A DNA stretch of 64,000 bases from an uncultured delta proteobacterium. GTDB taxonomy: Bacteria; Desulfobacterota; Binatia; UBA9968. The position numbers were made by a program, and so were the translations under genes. Under the pieces are notes generated by a model, which did no database searches, was not told the origin of the DNA, and was given only the letters and a program-made list of their open reading frames with translations. The first letter of the stretch is position 1. The number at the start of each line of letters is the position of its first letter. Positions 30,014 to 40,912 of the stretch are shown here, piece after piece. Location: assembly GCA_963755715.1 (NCBI GenBank), contig CAVWLW010000072.1:19675-83674 (forward strand). The letters run 5' to 3'.

Positions 30014-31855
30014 TCAATCGGCTTGGCGCCACGATCTCAACAGGTGGACGATCTCATCCACACAGGACTCCGGTCTGGTCCCCAATGTCTTCAGGTGAAT
30101 TTCCGGCGCCAGCGGCGCTTCGTAGTCGCTGTCGATGCCGGTAAAATTTTTCAGCTCGCCGCGCCGGGCTTTAGCGTACAGGCCTTTTGCATCGCGGCGC
30201 TCACATTCTTCCAGAGGCGTATCGACAAAAACTTCGACGAACTCGCCCGTATCGAACAAGCCACGCGCCAACTGGCGCTCCGCTCGATAGGGCGAAATGA
30301 AAGCCACGATCACGATCAGCCCCGCATCGACGAGTAGCTTCGCGACCTCGCCGACTCGGCGAATGTTTTCGACGCGGTCTTCTTCGGTAAACCCCAAGTC
30401 CCGGTTGAGCCCGTGGCGCACATTGTCGCCGTCGAGAACGTAGGTGTGCTTGCCCTCGGCATGCAAACGTTTTTCCAACAGGTTGGCGATCGTTGACTTC
30501 CCCGAACCAGAAAGCCCGGTAAACCAAAGGCAGCGGGCGCGCTGGTGCTTCATCTCGGCGCGAGCGATTTTAGTGACCTCGAGCGCCTGCCAATGAACGT
30601 TCACCGCTCGGCGCAGCGCAAACCGGATCATGCCGGCGCCGACGGTCTCATGGGTCAACTTATCGATAACGATGAAAGCGCCCAACCGCTTATTCTCGGC
30701 GTAGGGAGCGAACGGGATGGCACGATCGAAGCTAACATTGACCGTTGCGATTTCATTCAAGCTCAGCGTCTTGGCTGCCAAATGGGCGCCCGTGTTAATG
30801 TCGAGGTGATATTTGATGTGGGTGATGCTGACGCTCGCAGCCTTGCTGTGAATCAGCGCTGCGTAGGGACGCCCGGGCAGCATGACATGCTCGCTCATCC
30901 AGAGCAGATCCGCCTCGAATTGGTCAGCGGCTTCGACCGGATGTGATGCGGCGGCAATGACATCACCGCGGCTGGCGTCAACCTCGTCCGCTAAAATCAG
31001 CGTGACGGAATCGCCCGCGACCGCTTCGGCTTTGGCGCCGCCCCAGACGGCGATTTCCTTGACGCGGCTGGAAACGCCGGATGGACTGACGCGCACGCTG
31101 TCTCCGGGTTTGATCGAGCCGCTGCCGATGCGTCCGGAAAATCCGCGAAAGTCCAGGTTCGGCCGGTTGACCCACTGCACCGGCATCGAGAACGGCTGCT
31201 GCGCTTCACGCTTTTGCGGCTCGACTGTCTCGAGCCACTGCAACAGGCTCGGCCCGCGGTACCACGGCATCGCGCCGTTTCCCGCCTCAACGACGTTGTG
31301 ACCGTCGAGCGCCGACAACGGAATTGCCGTTATCGTTTCGAAACTCAAATCCTCGGCAAAGCGACGATAGGCAAGCTCGATCTCGTCAAAGACCGGTCGC
31401 GACCATTCGACGAGATCCATCTTGTTGACCGCTAAAGCGACGTGACGGATGCCGAACATCGAGACGATCCGGCTATGCCGTTTTGTCTGGATGAGCACTC
31501 CTTTGCGCGCATCGATCAACAACACCGCCGCCTGTGCAGTCGACGCGCCGGTCGCCATGTTGCGGGTGTATTGCTCGTGGCCTGGCGTATCGGCCACGAT
31601 GAAGCGCCGTTTCGGCGTCGCGAAAAAGCGATAGGCAACATCGATCGTGATCTTCTGCTCGCGTTCCGCCTGCAAGCCGTCGACGAGCAAAGCAAAATCG
31701 AGACGCTCGCCCTGAGTGCCGAATTTTTTCGAATCCGCCTTTAGCGCCTCGAGTTGATCTTCAAAGATCAACTTAGTCTCGTAGAGCAGGCGGCCGATCA
31801 ACGTCGATTTGCCGTCGTCCACGCTGCCGCACGTGATAAAGCGCAGGGTATCCAT
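30014..31855 (-). CDS. cysNC: Bifunctional sulfate adenylyltransferase subunit 1 / APS kinase
   Basis: [21 protein letters not shown] GTPase motifs; C-terminal [16 protein letters not shown]. Confidence 0.96.
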   Translation of the reverse strand: MDTLRFITCGSVDDGKSTLIGRLLYETKLIFEDQLEALKADSKKFGTQGERLDFALLVDGLQAEREQKITIDVAYRFFATPKRRFIVADTPGHEQYTRNMATGASTAQAAVLLIDARKGVLIQTKRHSRIVSMFGIRHVALAVNKMDLVEWSRPVFDEIELAYRRFAEDLSFETITAIPLSALDGHNVVEAGNGAMPWYRGPSLLQWLETVEPQKREAQQPFSMPVQWVNRPNLDFRGFSGRIGSGSIKPGDSVRVSPSGVSSRVKEIAVWGGAKAEAVAGDSVTLILADEVDASRGDVIAAASHPVEAADQFEADLLWMSEHVMLPGRPYAALIHSKAASVSITHIKYHLDINTGAHLAAKTLSLNEIATVNVSFDRAIPFAPYAENKRLGAFIVIDKLTHETVGAGMIRFALRRAVNVHWQALEVTKIARAEMKHQRARCLWFTGLSGSGKSTIANLLEKRLHAEGKHTYVLDGDNVRHGLNRDLGFTEEDRVENIRRVGEVAKLLVDAGLIVIVAFISPYRAERQLARGLFDTGEFVEVFVDTPLEECERRDAKGLYAKARRGELKNFTGIDSDYEAPLAPEIHLKTLGTRPESCVDEIVHLLRSWRQAD

Positions 31856-32754
31856 TAAAAATACCCTTCCTGCTTTTTGCGCTCCATCGAACCGGCGCCA
31901 TCGTGATCGATAATGCGTCCCTGGCGCTCCGAAGTTGTCGCTCCCAAGGTTTCAGCGACAATCTCGTCGAGCGTCGTCGCGTTGCTCTCGATGCCGGCGG
32001 TCAGCGGGTAGCAACCAAGCGTGCGAAACCGCACCTTGCGTATTTCCGGAGTTTCGCCAGGTTCGAGCGGGAGTCTATGATCATCGACCAGGATCCACTG
32101 ACCGAAGCGCTTGACCACTGGACGCTCGGCGGCGAAGTACAACGGCACAATCGGAATGTTCTCCTGGCGAATGTACTGCCAAACGTCGGCTTCGGTCCAA
32201 TTGGAGAGCGGAAATACCCGAATCGTTTCGCCGGAGTTGATTCGGGTATTGTAAAGATTCCACAGTTCCGGGCGCTGGGCTTTCGGCTCCCAACGATGGC
32301 CCGGCGCGCGAAAAGAAAAAATGCGCTCCTTGGCGCGGGATTTTTCTTCGTCGCGGCGCGCGCCGCCAAACGCGACATCGAAGCCGTGGAGATCGAGCGC
32401 TTGCTTGAGCGCTTCTGTCTTCATCACATCGGTGTGGTAGGCCGAACCATGGGTGATCGGGCCGATACCCTCGGCAACGCCGCGCGGGTTGGTGTAGGTG
32501 ATCAGCTTGAAGCCGATTTCCCGCGCCGTGCGGTCGCGAAACACGATCATCTCGCGAAACTTCCAGCCGGTGTCGATGTGCATCAATGGAAACGGAATCG
32601 GCCCGGGGTAAAACGCCTTCTGCGCCAGGCGCAGCATGACGGAAGAATCCTTGCCGATCGAGTAAAGCATCACCGGCTTGGCGGCCGTCGCGGCCACTTC
32701 ACGGATGATTTCGATCGACTCCGACTCAAGCTCTGAAAAGATACCGTCGCTCAT
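31855..32754 (-). CDS. cysD: Sulfate adenylyltransferase subunit 2
   Basis: [38 protein letters not shown]. Confidence 0.97.
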   Translation of the reverse strand: MSDGIFSELESESIEIIREVAATAAKPVMLYSIGKDSSVMLRLAQKAFYPGPIPFPLMHIDTGWKFREMIVFRDRTAREIGFKLITYTNPRGVAEGIGPITHGSAYHTDVMKTEALKQALDLHGFDVAFGGARRDEEKSRAKERIFSFRAPGHRWEPKAQRPELWNLYNTRINSGETIRVFPLSNWTEADVWQYIRQENIPIVPLYFAAERPVVKRFGQWILVDDHRLPLEPGETPEIRKVRFRTLGCYPLTAGIESNATTLDEIVAETLGATTSERQGRIIDHDGAGSMERKKQEGYF

Positions 32755-32877
32755 CGGTTGAAACTCAACTCCTTATAGTGTCCTGTAACCGCGCTGAATA
32801 AACCATTCTGTATTTTGCCGTCAAGCCGGTGGAAACCGGCCGGTCGCACGTACAGCATTCGCACCGCTTACATGGAT

Positions 32878-32939
32878 TCGTCATTTCGAGCAAAGCGAGA
32901 AATATTTCTTATACCCTTCGCATTTGCTCGAAATGACGA
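32878..32939. repeat. GTCAT-type REP doublet, 17-bp perfect inverted repeat
   Basis: tcgtcatttcgagcaaa ... tttgctcgaaatgacga. Confidence 0.8.
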
Positions 32940-33069
32940 CGCGAATCAAATGTTTGTTTCAGTTCTTTACTTTGCGTGCTTTGCGCGGTTAAATTTTCTT
33001 CTCCTTTGATTGCTTCTTCACCACTCTGGTCTTTGTGGTGAATCCTGTCTCTTCCCACTACGAATTTGC

Positions 33070-33928
33070 TCAGGACTGAGCAGCGCGCTTTGCGAGCAAG
33101 ATACCAGGGGCAGAAGCGGCGACTTCGGCGATCAACGATCCCATCTTGGGATGCTGCCGGCTCAATATCCGGCTTGAGCCCGTATTGTTGCAGCACCCGC
33201 GTGCAAATCGGACCGACCGAGCCGATCGCCAGATTCTTGCAGGCAGCCCGCAACTTTTCATCCGCCTTTTCTTCGGCGGCAACCCGAAACACATGCTCGA
33301 CCTGCGCGCCGTTGGTGAACAGCGCCACGTCGACGGCGCCGCGCAGAATTTGTTGAATGGCGTCGCGCAGCGGCGCCAGGTCTTCGGGCAAAGCCCAGCG
33401 ATAAACGGCGATCGTTTTCACGCTCGCGCCGCGTTGCTCCAGTCCCGAAACAAGCTCCGGGTTGGGAATGCCGTATTCCTGAACGGCGATTTGCTTGCCG
33501 CGCATCGTCGTAGCGGCATCGAGAGCCGAAAGCACCTCGCGCCAGGTGTTGGGCTCAGGCACGGTGACCGACGGAGTCAGCCCCAATTCTTTCAGCGCCG
33601 CCACCGGCTTGGGACCGCGCGCAACGAGCTGGGCTTTGCCAAGCGCCGCGACGATTCTTTCCTGCGAATATCGAGTGAGCAGCGCCTGATTGAGCGTCCT
33701 CGTGCCGACGCCGGTCATAAAGATAACCATAGCGAATTTCCCGGCTTCGATCTCGGGCAAGAATTCCAGCGCGGCGCGGTTTTCGCTCAGCGGAATTTCA
33801 CGCATCGACGGCGCAACCAAAGGCTCGCCACCGTAACGGCGGATCAGCTCCGCCATTTCTTTGGCGCGCCGGCTTTCGAAGGAGACGACTTTAAACCCGC
33901 GCAGATTCTCTCGCGTGTCCGCTGTCAT
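33070..33928 (-). CDS. hemD: Uroporphyrinogen-III synthase (frameshift near 33150)
   Basis: FESRRA, MTGVG, ARGPKP, VYRWALP, VGPIC; other frame ends HPKMGSLIAEVA... Confidence 0.85.
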
Positions 33929-34691
33929 AAAGGGATCGATGCTCTTCTGCCATTGGCACGAACCAACTTAGCTTATCGCCCAAAGAAACTACGTCGCCGA
34001 TGACGATGAGCGCCGGCGGTTCGATCAGGATACTTTTCTCGACGATGTCGGCCAGAGTTCCGATGACGCTTTCCTGGTCGCTCGTCGTTCCCGAGCGAAT
34101 CACCGCGGCCGGGGTTTGCGGTGAACGGCCATGCTCGACGAGCTTTTTCACGATGATCGGCAAGTTGGTCAGTCCCATGAGAATAACCAGTGTGTCGACG
34201 GCCGTGGCCAGCTTGGCCCAGTTCACGGCGGAATTTGCCTTGCGCGCTTCATGGCCGGTGACCACGGCGAAGGACGAGGCGAACTGCCGATGGGTGAGCG
34301 GAATGCCGGCGTACGCCGGCACTGCGACGGCGGAGCTCACGCCCGGCACGATTTCAAAGGGAATACCGGCTTCCACCAATGCCTCCGCTTCCTCGCCGCC
34401 GCGCCCGAAAACAAATGGATCGCCGCCCTTCAATCGGACGACGTCACGACCGGCGCGCGCGTGAGCAATAAGCACGCTGTTGATTTCTTCTTGCGCGATG
34501 CAGTGGCGCCCGGCTCGCTTGCCGACAAAGACTTTAATTGTTTGCGAACCGGCTTCGTTCAGGAGCGCTGGATTGACCAATTGGTCGTAGACGATCACCG
34601 GCGCGTTACGCAGCAATTCCCGGCCGCGCACAGTGAGCAACCCCGGATCGCCCGGGCCGGCGCCGACGAGATAGACTTTGCCAATTGTCAT
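33891..34691 (-). CDS. cobA: Uroporphyrinogen-III C-methyltransferase
   Basis: VYLVGAGPGDPGLLT, RLKGGDPFVFGRGGEE, VPGVSS; ATG 34691 overlaps upstream stop. Confidence 0.95.
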   Translation of the reverse strand: MTIGKVYLVGAGPGDPGLLTVRGRELLRNAPVIVYDQLVNPALLNEAGSQTIKVFVGKRAGRHCIAQEEINSVLIAHARAGRDVVRLKGGDPFVFGRGGEEAEALVEAGIPFEIVPGVSSAVAVPAYAGIPLTHRQFASSFAVVTGHEARKANSAVNWAKLATAVDTLVILMGLTNLPIIVKKLVEHGRSPQTPAAVIRSGTTSDQESVIGTLADIVEKSILIEPPALIVIGDVVSLGDKLSWFVPMAEEHRSLYDSGHARESARV

Positions 34692-35317
34692 AGCGAAACT
34701 CCCAGCTCTCTCAGCAAATGGCTCTTCGCCCGGGCGAACTCGCCACGTATGAGAAATTGTCGCACGTCGCCGCTCAAGGCTCTGCGCCATGTTTCAAACG
34801 GCACGTGCAGCGAGCGTTTATGCAGCTCGGTGCGCGTTTCCGCGGCGAGCTGCGCCAGTTGCTCGTACTCACGGCTGAAGTAGATTTCCAGCTCTTCGCG
34901 AATCGTCCGCGCCAAGGCTGGGCTCTGCCCGCCGCTCGATACCGCCACCGTCAGATCGCCGCGCCGCAAAACGGAAGGCAGAATAAAATCGCAGTGGGCC
35001 GGATCGTCCGCCGCATTGACCCAGACACCGCGGCTTTTGCCTTCTTGGTAAACGCTCGCATTGACCCGGTCATCATCCGTCGCGACGAAAGCTAGTTCGT
35101 AGCCGTCCAGATCACCGCTCTGATAACACTTCGCTTTTAGTTGGATGGAATTATTCTTCGACCAGTGGGCGACGTTTTCGCTTACATCGGGACTGATCAC
35201 CGTGACCTCGGCGCCAGCTTCGAGCAGATTGGCGATCTTACGCTCCGCCACCGCGCCGCCACCGATCACCAGGCAGCGCCGGCCGGTCATTTCCAGATAG
35301 ATCGGAAAGAAACTCAT
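34688..35317 (-). CDS. sirC: Precorrin-2 dehydrogenase / sirohydrochlorin ferrochelatase (CysG N-terminal-like)
   Basis: LVIGGGAVAERK, VNAADDPAHCDFILP, SSGGQSPALAR. Confidence 0.9.
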   Translation of the reverse strand: MSFFPIYLEMTGRRCLVIGGGAVAERKIANLLEAGAEVTVISPDVSENVAHWSKNNSIQLKAKCYQSGDLDGYELAFVATDDDRVNASVYQEGKSRGVWVNAADDPAHCDFILPSVLRRGDLTVAVSSGGQSPALARTIREELEIYFSREYEQLAQLAAETRTELHKRSLHVPFETWRRALSGDVRQFLIRGEFARAKSHLLRELGVSL

Positions 35318-35449
35318 TGATACCCTAGCGACCTGCCAGGATATTTCTCTTTCCGACTTTAACCCGCGACCATGTCCAAGACAAACGGTGCTTTACTTCT
35401 AACCCCTCGGTGGATCCATACGTTACATTATTTTTTGGCGCAGCAGTTC

Positions 35450-36163
35450 TCACGCTGTACGAAGGTGCAAGCCGCACTCTTTGGTTTCCGGTTCTTCCCA
35501 CCACCATCGCCCGGCGCGCTGGTCTTCCCAGGCCTTGATCGCGCGGGTGCAAGGGGCGCAGCCGATACTTGGAAAGCCCCGATCATGCAATTTGTTGTAC
35601 GGCACTTTATGGGCGGCGATATAATCCCACACCTGCCTATGCGTCCAATCCGCCAAGGGATTGATCTTGACGATATCGCCGTGCTCGCGATCGATTTCGA
35701 CTTTGCGCGCCTCCGTGCGGGTGACCGCCTGCTCGCGGCGCAGACCCGTCATCCAACCGTCCAACCCGTTCAATGCCCGTTTGAGCGGCTCCACTTTGCG
35801 GATGCCGCAGCATAGTTTGCGCTGTTCGATAGAATCGTAGAATAAATTCATGCCGTGTTGGCGCACCATCTCTTCGACCTGCGTCGCTTCGGGAAAAAAA
35901 ACCTCGACCTCGATGCCGTAGCGCGCGCGAATCGCTTCCATGCAATCGTAGGTTTCCTGGTTAAGCCGGCCGGTGTCCAGGGTAAAGACCCGGAAATCGG
36001 CGCCACGCTGACGATGGATAAGGTCGATCAGCACCGATGCTTCGGCTTGAAACGAAGACGCGAGCGCGAGCCGAGGATGAAATTTGTCGAAGGCCCAACC
36101 CAGCAGATCGATGGTGGAAAGCGCGTTTGCAGCGGTAATTTCGTCTGAAAATTTTTCTCTCAT
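35450..36163 (-). CDS. cysH: Adenylylsulfate (APS/PAPS) reductase, 4Fe-4S type
   Basis: LDTGRL, CCGIRKVEPL, SIGCAPCT, RAGRW, KECGLH. Confidence 0.94.
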   Translation of the reverse strand: MREKFSDEITAANALSTIDLLGWAFDKFHPRLALASSFQAEASVLIDLIHRQRGADFRVFTLDTGRLNQETYDCMEAIRARYGIEVEVFFPEATQVEEMVRQHGMNLFYDSIEQRKLCCGIRKVEPLKRALNGLDGWMTGLRREQAVTRTEARKVEIDREHGDIVKINPLADWTHRQVWDYIAAHKVPYNKLHDRGFPSIGCAPCTRAIKAWEDQRAGRWWWEEPETKECGLHLRTA

Positions 36164-36237
36164 GATGATCGATCCTTGTTTCTGTCTGAGCTTATCCCGA
36201 TAAAAGCACTCTTCTCCTTGGTCGATAGTCGGGAGCA

Positions 36238-36828
36238 TCAACAGTACTTGGAGTCCACAGCGATGTTGGCAAGCAGCTGATCGAGATCGAAGCGCTCGAA
36301 CGTGCGCATCGCGACTGAGAAACGTTTTCTTGAATCGTCCTTGTTGTAACTCAAAGCTAAGCTCGCGCCGTTAAATAACCGAGCGGCAACCGCCTCGAAG
36401 TCCGGCTTCAAGGCCTGAAAGGACTCCGGCGTATTCGGCACCGCCAGGCGATCGTTGAGCGAAATCGACACTTCATCGCCGGAAAATTTTATTCTGCCCT
36501 TGAGAGCGGGCTCTTGCTCCAAGCGCCGGCAGTTTTCCAATGCCGCGCGCAAAACCGCGCACAGCTTTTCCTGGTTTGAGCCCGCCAGCACGGTTTTTTG
36601 ATCGAAGAGCAAACCGCGCCGGCCGCCGCTTTCGTCGATGCCCACGTTGGCGTCGTTGGCGACCAGGACGATCCCCGGGCCCGCCTGCATGTGACTGTAA
36701 TCGGCGACATCGTGATAAACACCGTCCGTAGCTTGAATCCAGCCATGAAAAATATCGATAAAATCCGTCAACGGGACGGTGTTGTCTGGTACGACGAAAA
36801 ACTTGACGTTGAGCTTTTGCAAGTCCAT
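36238..36828 (-). CDS. Hypothetical protein within the sulfite reductase operon
   Basis: 196-aa ORF with host-like codon usage 14 bp after the reductase; FHGWIQ, DVADYSH..GPG block; no motif I can assign. Confidence 0.75.
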   Translation of the reverse strand: MDLQKLNVKFFVVPDNTVPLTDFIDIFHGWIQATDGVYHDVADYSHMQAGPGIVLVANDANVGIDESGGRRGLLFDQKTVLAGSNQEKLCAVLRAALENCRRLEQEPALKGRIKFSGDEVSISLNDRLAVPNTPESFQALKPDFEAVAARLFNGASLALSYNKDDSRKRFSVAMRTFERFDLDQLLANIAVDSKYC

Positions 36829-36842
36829 CTTCGTTCCTGCGA

Positions 36843-39134
36843 TTACGCGCTTGGCTGCGCGGCTGGCACGATCGTCGCCGCGCTCGGCGACGCGCCACGC
36901 GTCTTGTTATGGCAATCATGCGCCGCGTCGATAAAAAGCTGGGCTTCCTGTAACAGTTGAACGGCGCGGTCGGCGTCCACAGTTTTTCCGGCGCCGATGA
37001 ATTCCTTTGCTTTGAAAAGATATTCGGCGAATTTCCCGCCGGCATACTTGTCCCAGAAAAGCTGCGTGTCATAAAAACGCCGGGTAAACTCCGCGACGAT
37101 CTGATTGTCATCTTCGGAGATGCTCGGGTTTTGATCCTTAACTAATCCTTGAGCGGCGCGCACCATCGAAGCGTAGGCGACTTTGGCCGCTTGTTGCATG
37201 TAACCGGAGTCCAACAGCAGTTGCGCTTCGAACAGCTCGCGCTCGCTCGCCGCCAAGGTGAACTCGGCTTGGCTGACGACCTCGCCGGCGCATTCGCCGA
37301 TCCCCATATCTGACAGGGTGAATTCGCGCGGATCGCCCCAATCGCTGTAATAGGAACGATCCGCTTCGTGCGCCGGAATCTTGGTTAAATCTTCCAACAA
37401 GTCCTTGATCTGCTTCTTGCCGATGCGCGCGACAAACTCCTGGAACCGCTCGTCCTTCAGCCGTTGCCGCACGTAGTATTCAGTGATCGTCGAAACCGCC
37501 TCGGGAACCCGCTTCGACGGCACGGCGCCGATCGCCACGCCGTATTCGCCGGCGTTGTCGTGAAATTTGCCGCCGAGGATCACTTGAAAATGCGGCACCT
37601 GAAATCCCTTCACGTTGCGGTTGATACCGTAAAATCCAATATCGGCAATGTGATGCTGGCCGCAGGAGTTGAAGCAGCCGCTGACTTTGATGCGCAGATT
37701 TTTTACCGCTTCGTCGAGCTCCAAACTCTTCTCGCCTAATTGGTAACGCAGCTCGCGCGCGAGGCCGCGCGACGAGGCGATACCCAATTTGCAGGTGTCG
37801 GTACCGGGACAAGCGGTCACGTCGACGATCGTCGCCGCGTCCGCCGCGCCGAGACCGATCGCCTTAATGGCTTGATAAAATTCCGGCAGATCCGCTTCAC
37901 TCACCCAGCGAAAGAGAATATTTTGCTCTACCGTCGTACGCAGCGTGTCTTTGACGAAGTGCCGCGCAATATCGGCGAGTGCGCGCATCTGATCGGCGCT
38001 CGCATCGCCCAGCGGCAGCGTCACGGTGGCGGCGACGTAGCCGGGTTGGCGCTGCTTGTAGACATTGGTCCGGTACCAATCCTCGAAGCCATCAGCGCGC
38101 TGATGGCCGTTGAGACTGACGCCGGCTTTGAGCGGTTGCTCGCTTTGCTCGTTGACCGAATTCAAAAAATCCGTCCAACGCGGATCGGCCGGCAGCTTTT
38201 GCCGCTCTTCCAAAACCAGCTTGCGAAACTCATCGATGCCGAGATTGGCGATTAAGAATTTAATCCGCGCCCGGGCGCGGTTGCGCTTCTCGCCGAGGCG
38301 CGCAAAGACGCGCGAGATCGCTTGCAACGTCGGTAAAAGCTCTTCCTCCGGTAAAAATGCATCGAACAACTTCGCTTTGTACGGCACCGAGCCTAAACCG
38401 CCACCGACGTAGAAGGCGAAGCCGCGCTGCACTTTGCCATCAACGGTCTGGGTCTTGGCGATCGCGCCCATGTCATGCATGGTCACCAGGCCGCAGGGAT
38501 TCTGCTCGCAGCCGGAGAAGGCGACTTTCACCTTGCGGCCGAAATCCTGGGTGTCGGGATGGCCCATTAAGAATTTCGAGCAGGCTTTGGCATAGGGCGT
38601 CGTGTCGAACGTTTCCTCGTGGCAGATTCCCGCCAGCGGGCAGGCCGTCACGTTGCGCACCACGTTGCCGCACGCTTCGCGGGTCGTGATTCCCACGGCG
38701 GCGAGCCGGCGCATCAGCGCCGGCGTGTCGTCGATATGCACGTAGTGAAACTGGATATCCTGGCGCGTCGTCACGTGCGACACGCCGTCGGAATATTCCT
38801 CGGACAAATCCGCCAAAGTTTCCAACTGCTCCGGCGTGATGCCGCCGAACGGAATTTTGATGCGCATCATGCCCGGCGCGTCCCAAAAAGTATCCGGGCC
38901 TTTGATCACCTCGGGAAATTTCAGTTTTTGCACACGCTGACCGTCGTGTCTTTGGCCGTTGTCGTAGCGCTGGCCGTAAATACCGCGACGCAAGCGCGTC
39001 TCGGCAAAAACCTTCTCGTCGATTTTGCCCTGCTTACGCAGTTCCATCTGCTGCTCGAAGATATCGATCTCGCGTCCCAACTCGACGGGAATCTTGGCGC
39101 CAAGTTTTTCTTTCCAGCTCAGGCCGCGTTCCAT
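36843..39134 (-). CDS. cysI: Siroheme/4Fe-4S sulfite (nitrite/sulfite) reductase with C-terminal helical (HEPN-like) extension
   Basis: GIYGQR, TTRQDIQ, CPGTDTC and SGCFNSC Cys ligands; GAGGAGG RBS. Confidence 0.9.
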   Translation of the reverse strand: MERGLSWKEKLGAKIPVELGREIDIFEQQMELRKQGKIDEKVFAETRLRRGIYGQRYDNGQRHDGQRVQKLKFPEVIKGPDTFWDAPGMMRIKIPFGGITPEQLETLADLSEEYSDGVSHVTTRQDIQFHYVHIDDTPALMRRLAAVGITTREACGNVVRNVTACPLAGICHEETFDTTPYAKACSKFLMGHPDTQDFGRKVKVAFSGCEQNPCGLVTMHDMGAIAKTQTVDGKVQRGFAFYVGGGLGSVPYKAKLFDAFLPEEELLPTLQAISRVFARLGEKRNRARARIKFLIANLGIDEFRKLVLEERQKLPADPRWTDFLNSVNEQSEQPLKAGVSLNGHQRADGFEDWYRTNVYKQRQPGYVAATVTLPLGDASADQMRALADIARHFVKDTLRTTVEQNILFRWVSEADLPEFYQAIKAIGLGAADAATIVDVTACPGTDTCKLGIASSRGLARELRYQLGEKSLELDEAVKNLRIKVSGCFNSCGQHHIADIGFYGINRNVKGFQVPHFQVILGGKFHDNAGEYGVAIGAVPSKRVPEAVSTITEYYVRQRLKDERFQEFVARIGKKQIKDLLEDLTKIPAHEADRSYYSDWGDPREFTLSDMGIGECAGEVVSQAEFTLAASERELFEAQLLLDSGYMQQAAKVAYASMVRAAQGLVKDQNPSISEDDNQIVAEFTRRFYDTQLFWDKYAGGKFAEYLFKAKEFIGAGKTVDADRAVQLLQEAQLFIDAAHDCHNKTRGASPSAATIVPAAQPSA

Positions 39135-39170
39135 AAAACCTCCTCGGCAGTTCGTTTCGGCATATTGAAG

Positions 39171-39195
39171 TTAGTTGATTATTCTTGTCAGAAAT
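39171..39195. promoter_or_regulatory. Putative Rrf2-family operator upstream of sulfite reductase
   Basis: TTAGTTGATTATTCTTGTCAGAAAT matches the IscR type-1 consensus ATASYYGACTRWWWYAGTCRRSTAT at 19/25 by hand count. Confidence 0.5.
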
Positions 39196-39226
39196 ATTCC
39201 AAAAAAAATTTCGCTCAGCGATCGAG

Positions 39227-39661
39227 CTAAATGTAATACATCAGCGCGCTCACTTCCGGTTTACAGAGATCGGCGAGCGTGGTTTCTTCCAGAACCGTCT
39301 CCATGGCGCTGACGCCTCGGGCCCAGGTTTCGAGCAGCCGCTGCGTTACTTTCGAGTCGGAACGGCTCTCCATTTGCGCCCTGAGTTCCAGGCCCACCGC
39401 CGGTCCTTCCAACACCGAGAGAATCTCCTTGACGGAAATAGTCTCAGGAGGACGCGCGAGATTATAGCCTCCGGATGGACCGCGCGCCGCATGCACCAGA
39501 TGACCGCGTCTGAGCATCACCATGATCTGACCCAGGTATTGCAAAGGTATTTGTTGGTTGTTGGCAATTTCTTTCACCTGTACGGCGCGTCGAACCTTGT
39601 AATTGTCGGCCAGCTCCGCCAGCGCAAGCAATCCATAATGGCCCTTTGAACTTACCTTCAT
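39227..39661 (-). CDS. Rrf2 family transcriptional regulator (CymR-like)
   Basis: SSKGHYGL, YLGQI, RGPSGGY.LARPPE.I; lacks the IscR three-Cys cluster motif. Confidence 0.92.
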   Translation of the reverse strand: MKVSSKGHYGLLALAELADNYKVRRAVQVKEIANNQQIPLQYLGQIMVMLRRGHLVHAARGPSGGYNLARPPETISVKEILSVLEGPAVGLELRAQMESRSDSKVTQRLLETWARGVSAMETVLEETTLADLCKPEVSALMYYI

Positions 39662-39691
39662 TGACCGCTGCCTATTTACCTTGCTTTTCTG

Positions 39692-39720
39692 ATCCTAAGT
39701 AAATCGCTCAAGTATGTCAA
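39692..39720 (-). promoter_or_regulatory. Sigma70 promoter of rrf2
   Basis: TTGACA-N17-TAGGAT on the minus strand. Confidence 0.65.
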
Positions 39721-39856
39721 GAACCCTATTAATTCAATTCTGCTGGGCATTTATAATGCCTTGGTTCGGTCCGCCTTGCGGTTGCGTGGCTGAAACACTT
39801 GAAGCTATAGTCGAGTCAATTTAGGAGCTTCTTTCAGCACTTTGGAGGTCACAACC

Positions 39857-40893
39857 ATGATGCCGACTGGCAAAATCGTCGTCACTTTCTCGCTGATCTT
39901 GTTTATTTCCCTGATTTTTGCGGTTCGCTCCAGCGCCGCTCCCGGCGAAATCATCATCACCCACGCGAGCATGAGCACGTCGACGATCCCCCTCTGGATT
40001 GCCCAGCGTCGGGATTTCTTCCGAAAATACGGCGTCAATGCAAAAAGCGTATGGGTGCGCGGCAATCCGGCCCAGATCGCCACTCTGGTGTCGGGAGACA
40101 CTCAAATCGCATACGGCGGCGCGCCGACTGCCATGGCCGCCGCTGTCGGCGGCCGGGATATGAAAATCATCGCGAGCCTGAGCAGCCGGGAGAATCTCGA
40201 TCTCGTTGCGCGGCCCGGCATCAACAGCGCCAAGGATTTGCGCGGCAAACGGTTCGGCGTCCAAAGTGTCGGCGGCGGGGTGTGGAAAACCGCCACCGTC
40301 TGGCTGGAACATTTCGGCATGGACGAGCGGCGCGACAACATTCAGATGATCGTTATCGGCGACGTAACGATCTTGAGCCAGTCGCTGGAAAGCGGTCTCA
40401 TTGACGCCACAGTGGTGCCCGGATATTTGAGTCGCAGGCTGGCGGACAAAGGATTCGTCGTCTTGGGCCGCTGCGAGCAGACCAAACTGCCGTCGGTGGG
40501 CATGACCGTGCTGGTCGAAAGACCTTATTTGCAGCAGAATGCAGAAACTCTGCAGAATGTGATGAAGGCGCTCACTGAAGCCATGGTCTTTACTGCCAGT
40601 CCGAAAAACAAACCGGCGGTGCTCGAAACCATCATGAAGCAGTTCAAAATGACCGATACCGCTGCGGCCGAAGGAGCTTATCAGGACGTCGTCACGCTCA
40701 TCCGATTGGAGGAATACCGCAAACCCTATGTCTCCATCGAAGGGATGCGAATTTTGCAGCGTCTCTTGAAAACACAAAATCCGAAAATCGGCGACATCAA
40801 GGTGGAAATTTGATTGACTCAAGCGTCATCAAGAAACTCGACGACAGCGGTTTCTTCGAAAAACTCTACGCCGAATACGGCGTGAAGTCGTGA
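39857..40893 (+). CDS. NMT1/THI5-family SBP, array copy 1 (frameshift near 40808)
   Basis: Signal peptide, FFRKYG, DLRGKRFGV; other frame gives IDSSVIKKLDDSGFFEKLYAEYGVKS*. Confidence 0.87.
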
Positions 40894-40912
40894 GCGGACG
40901 GAACCTACCGCA

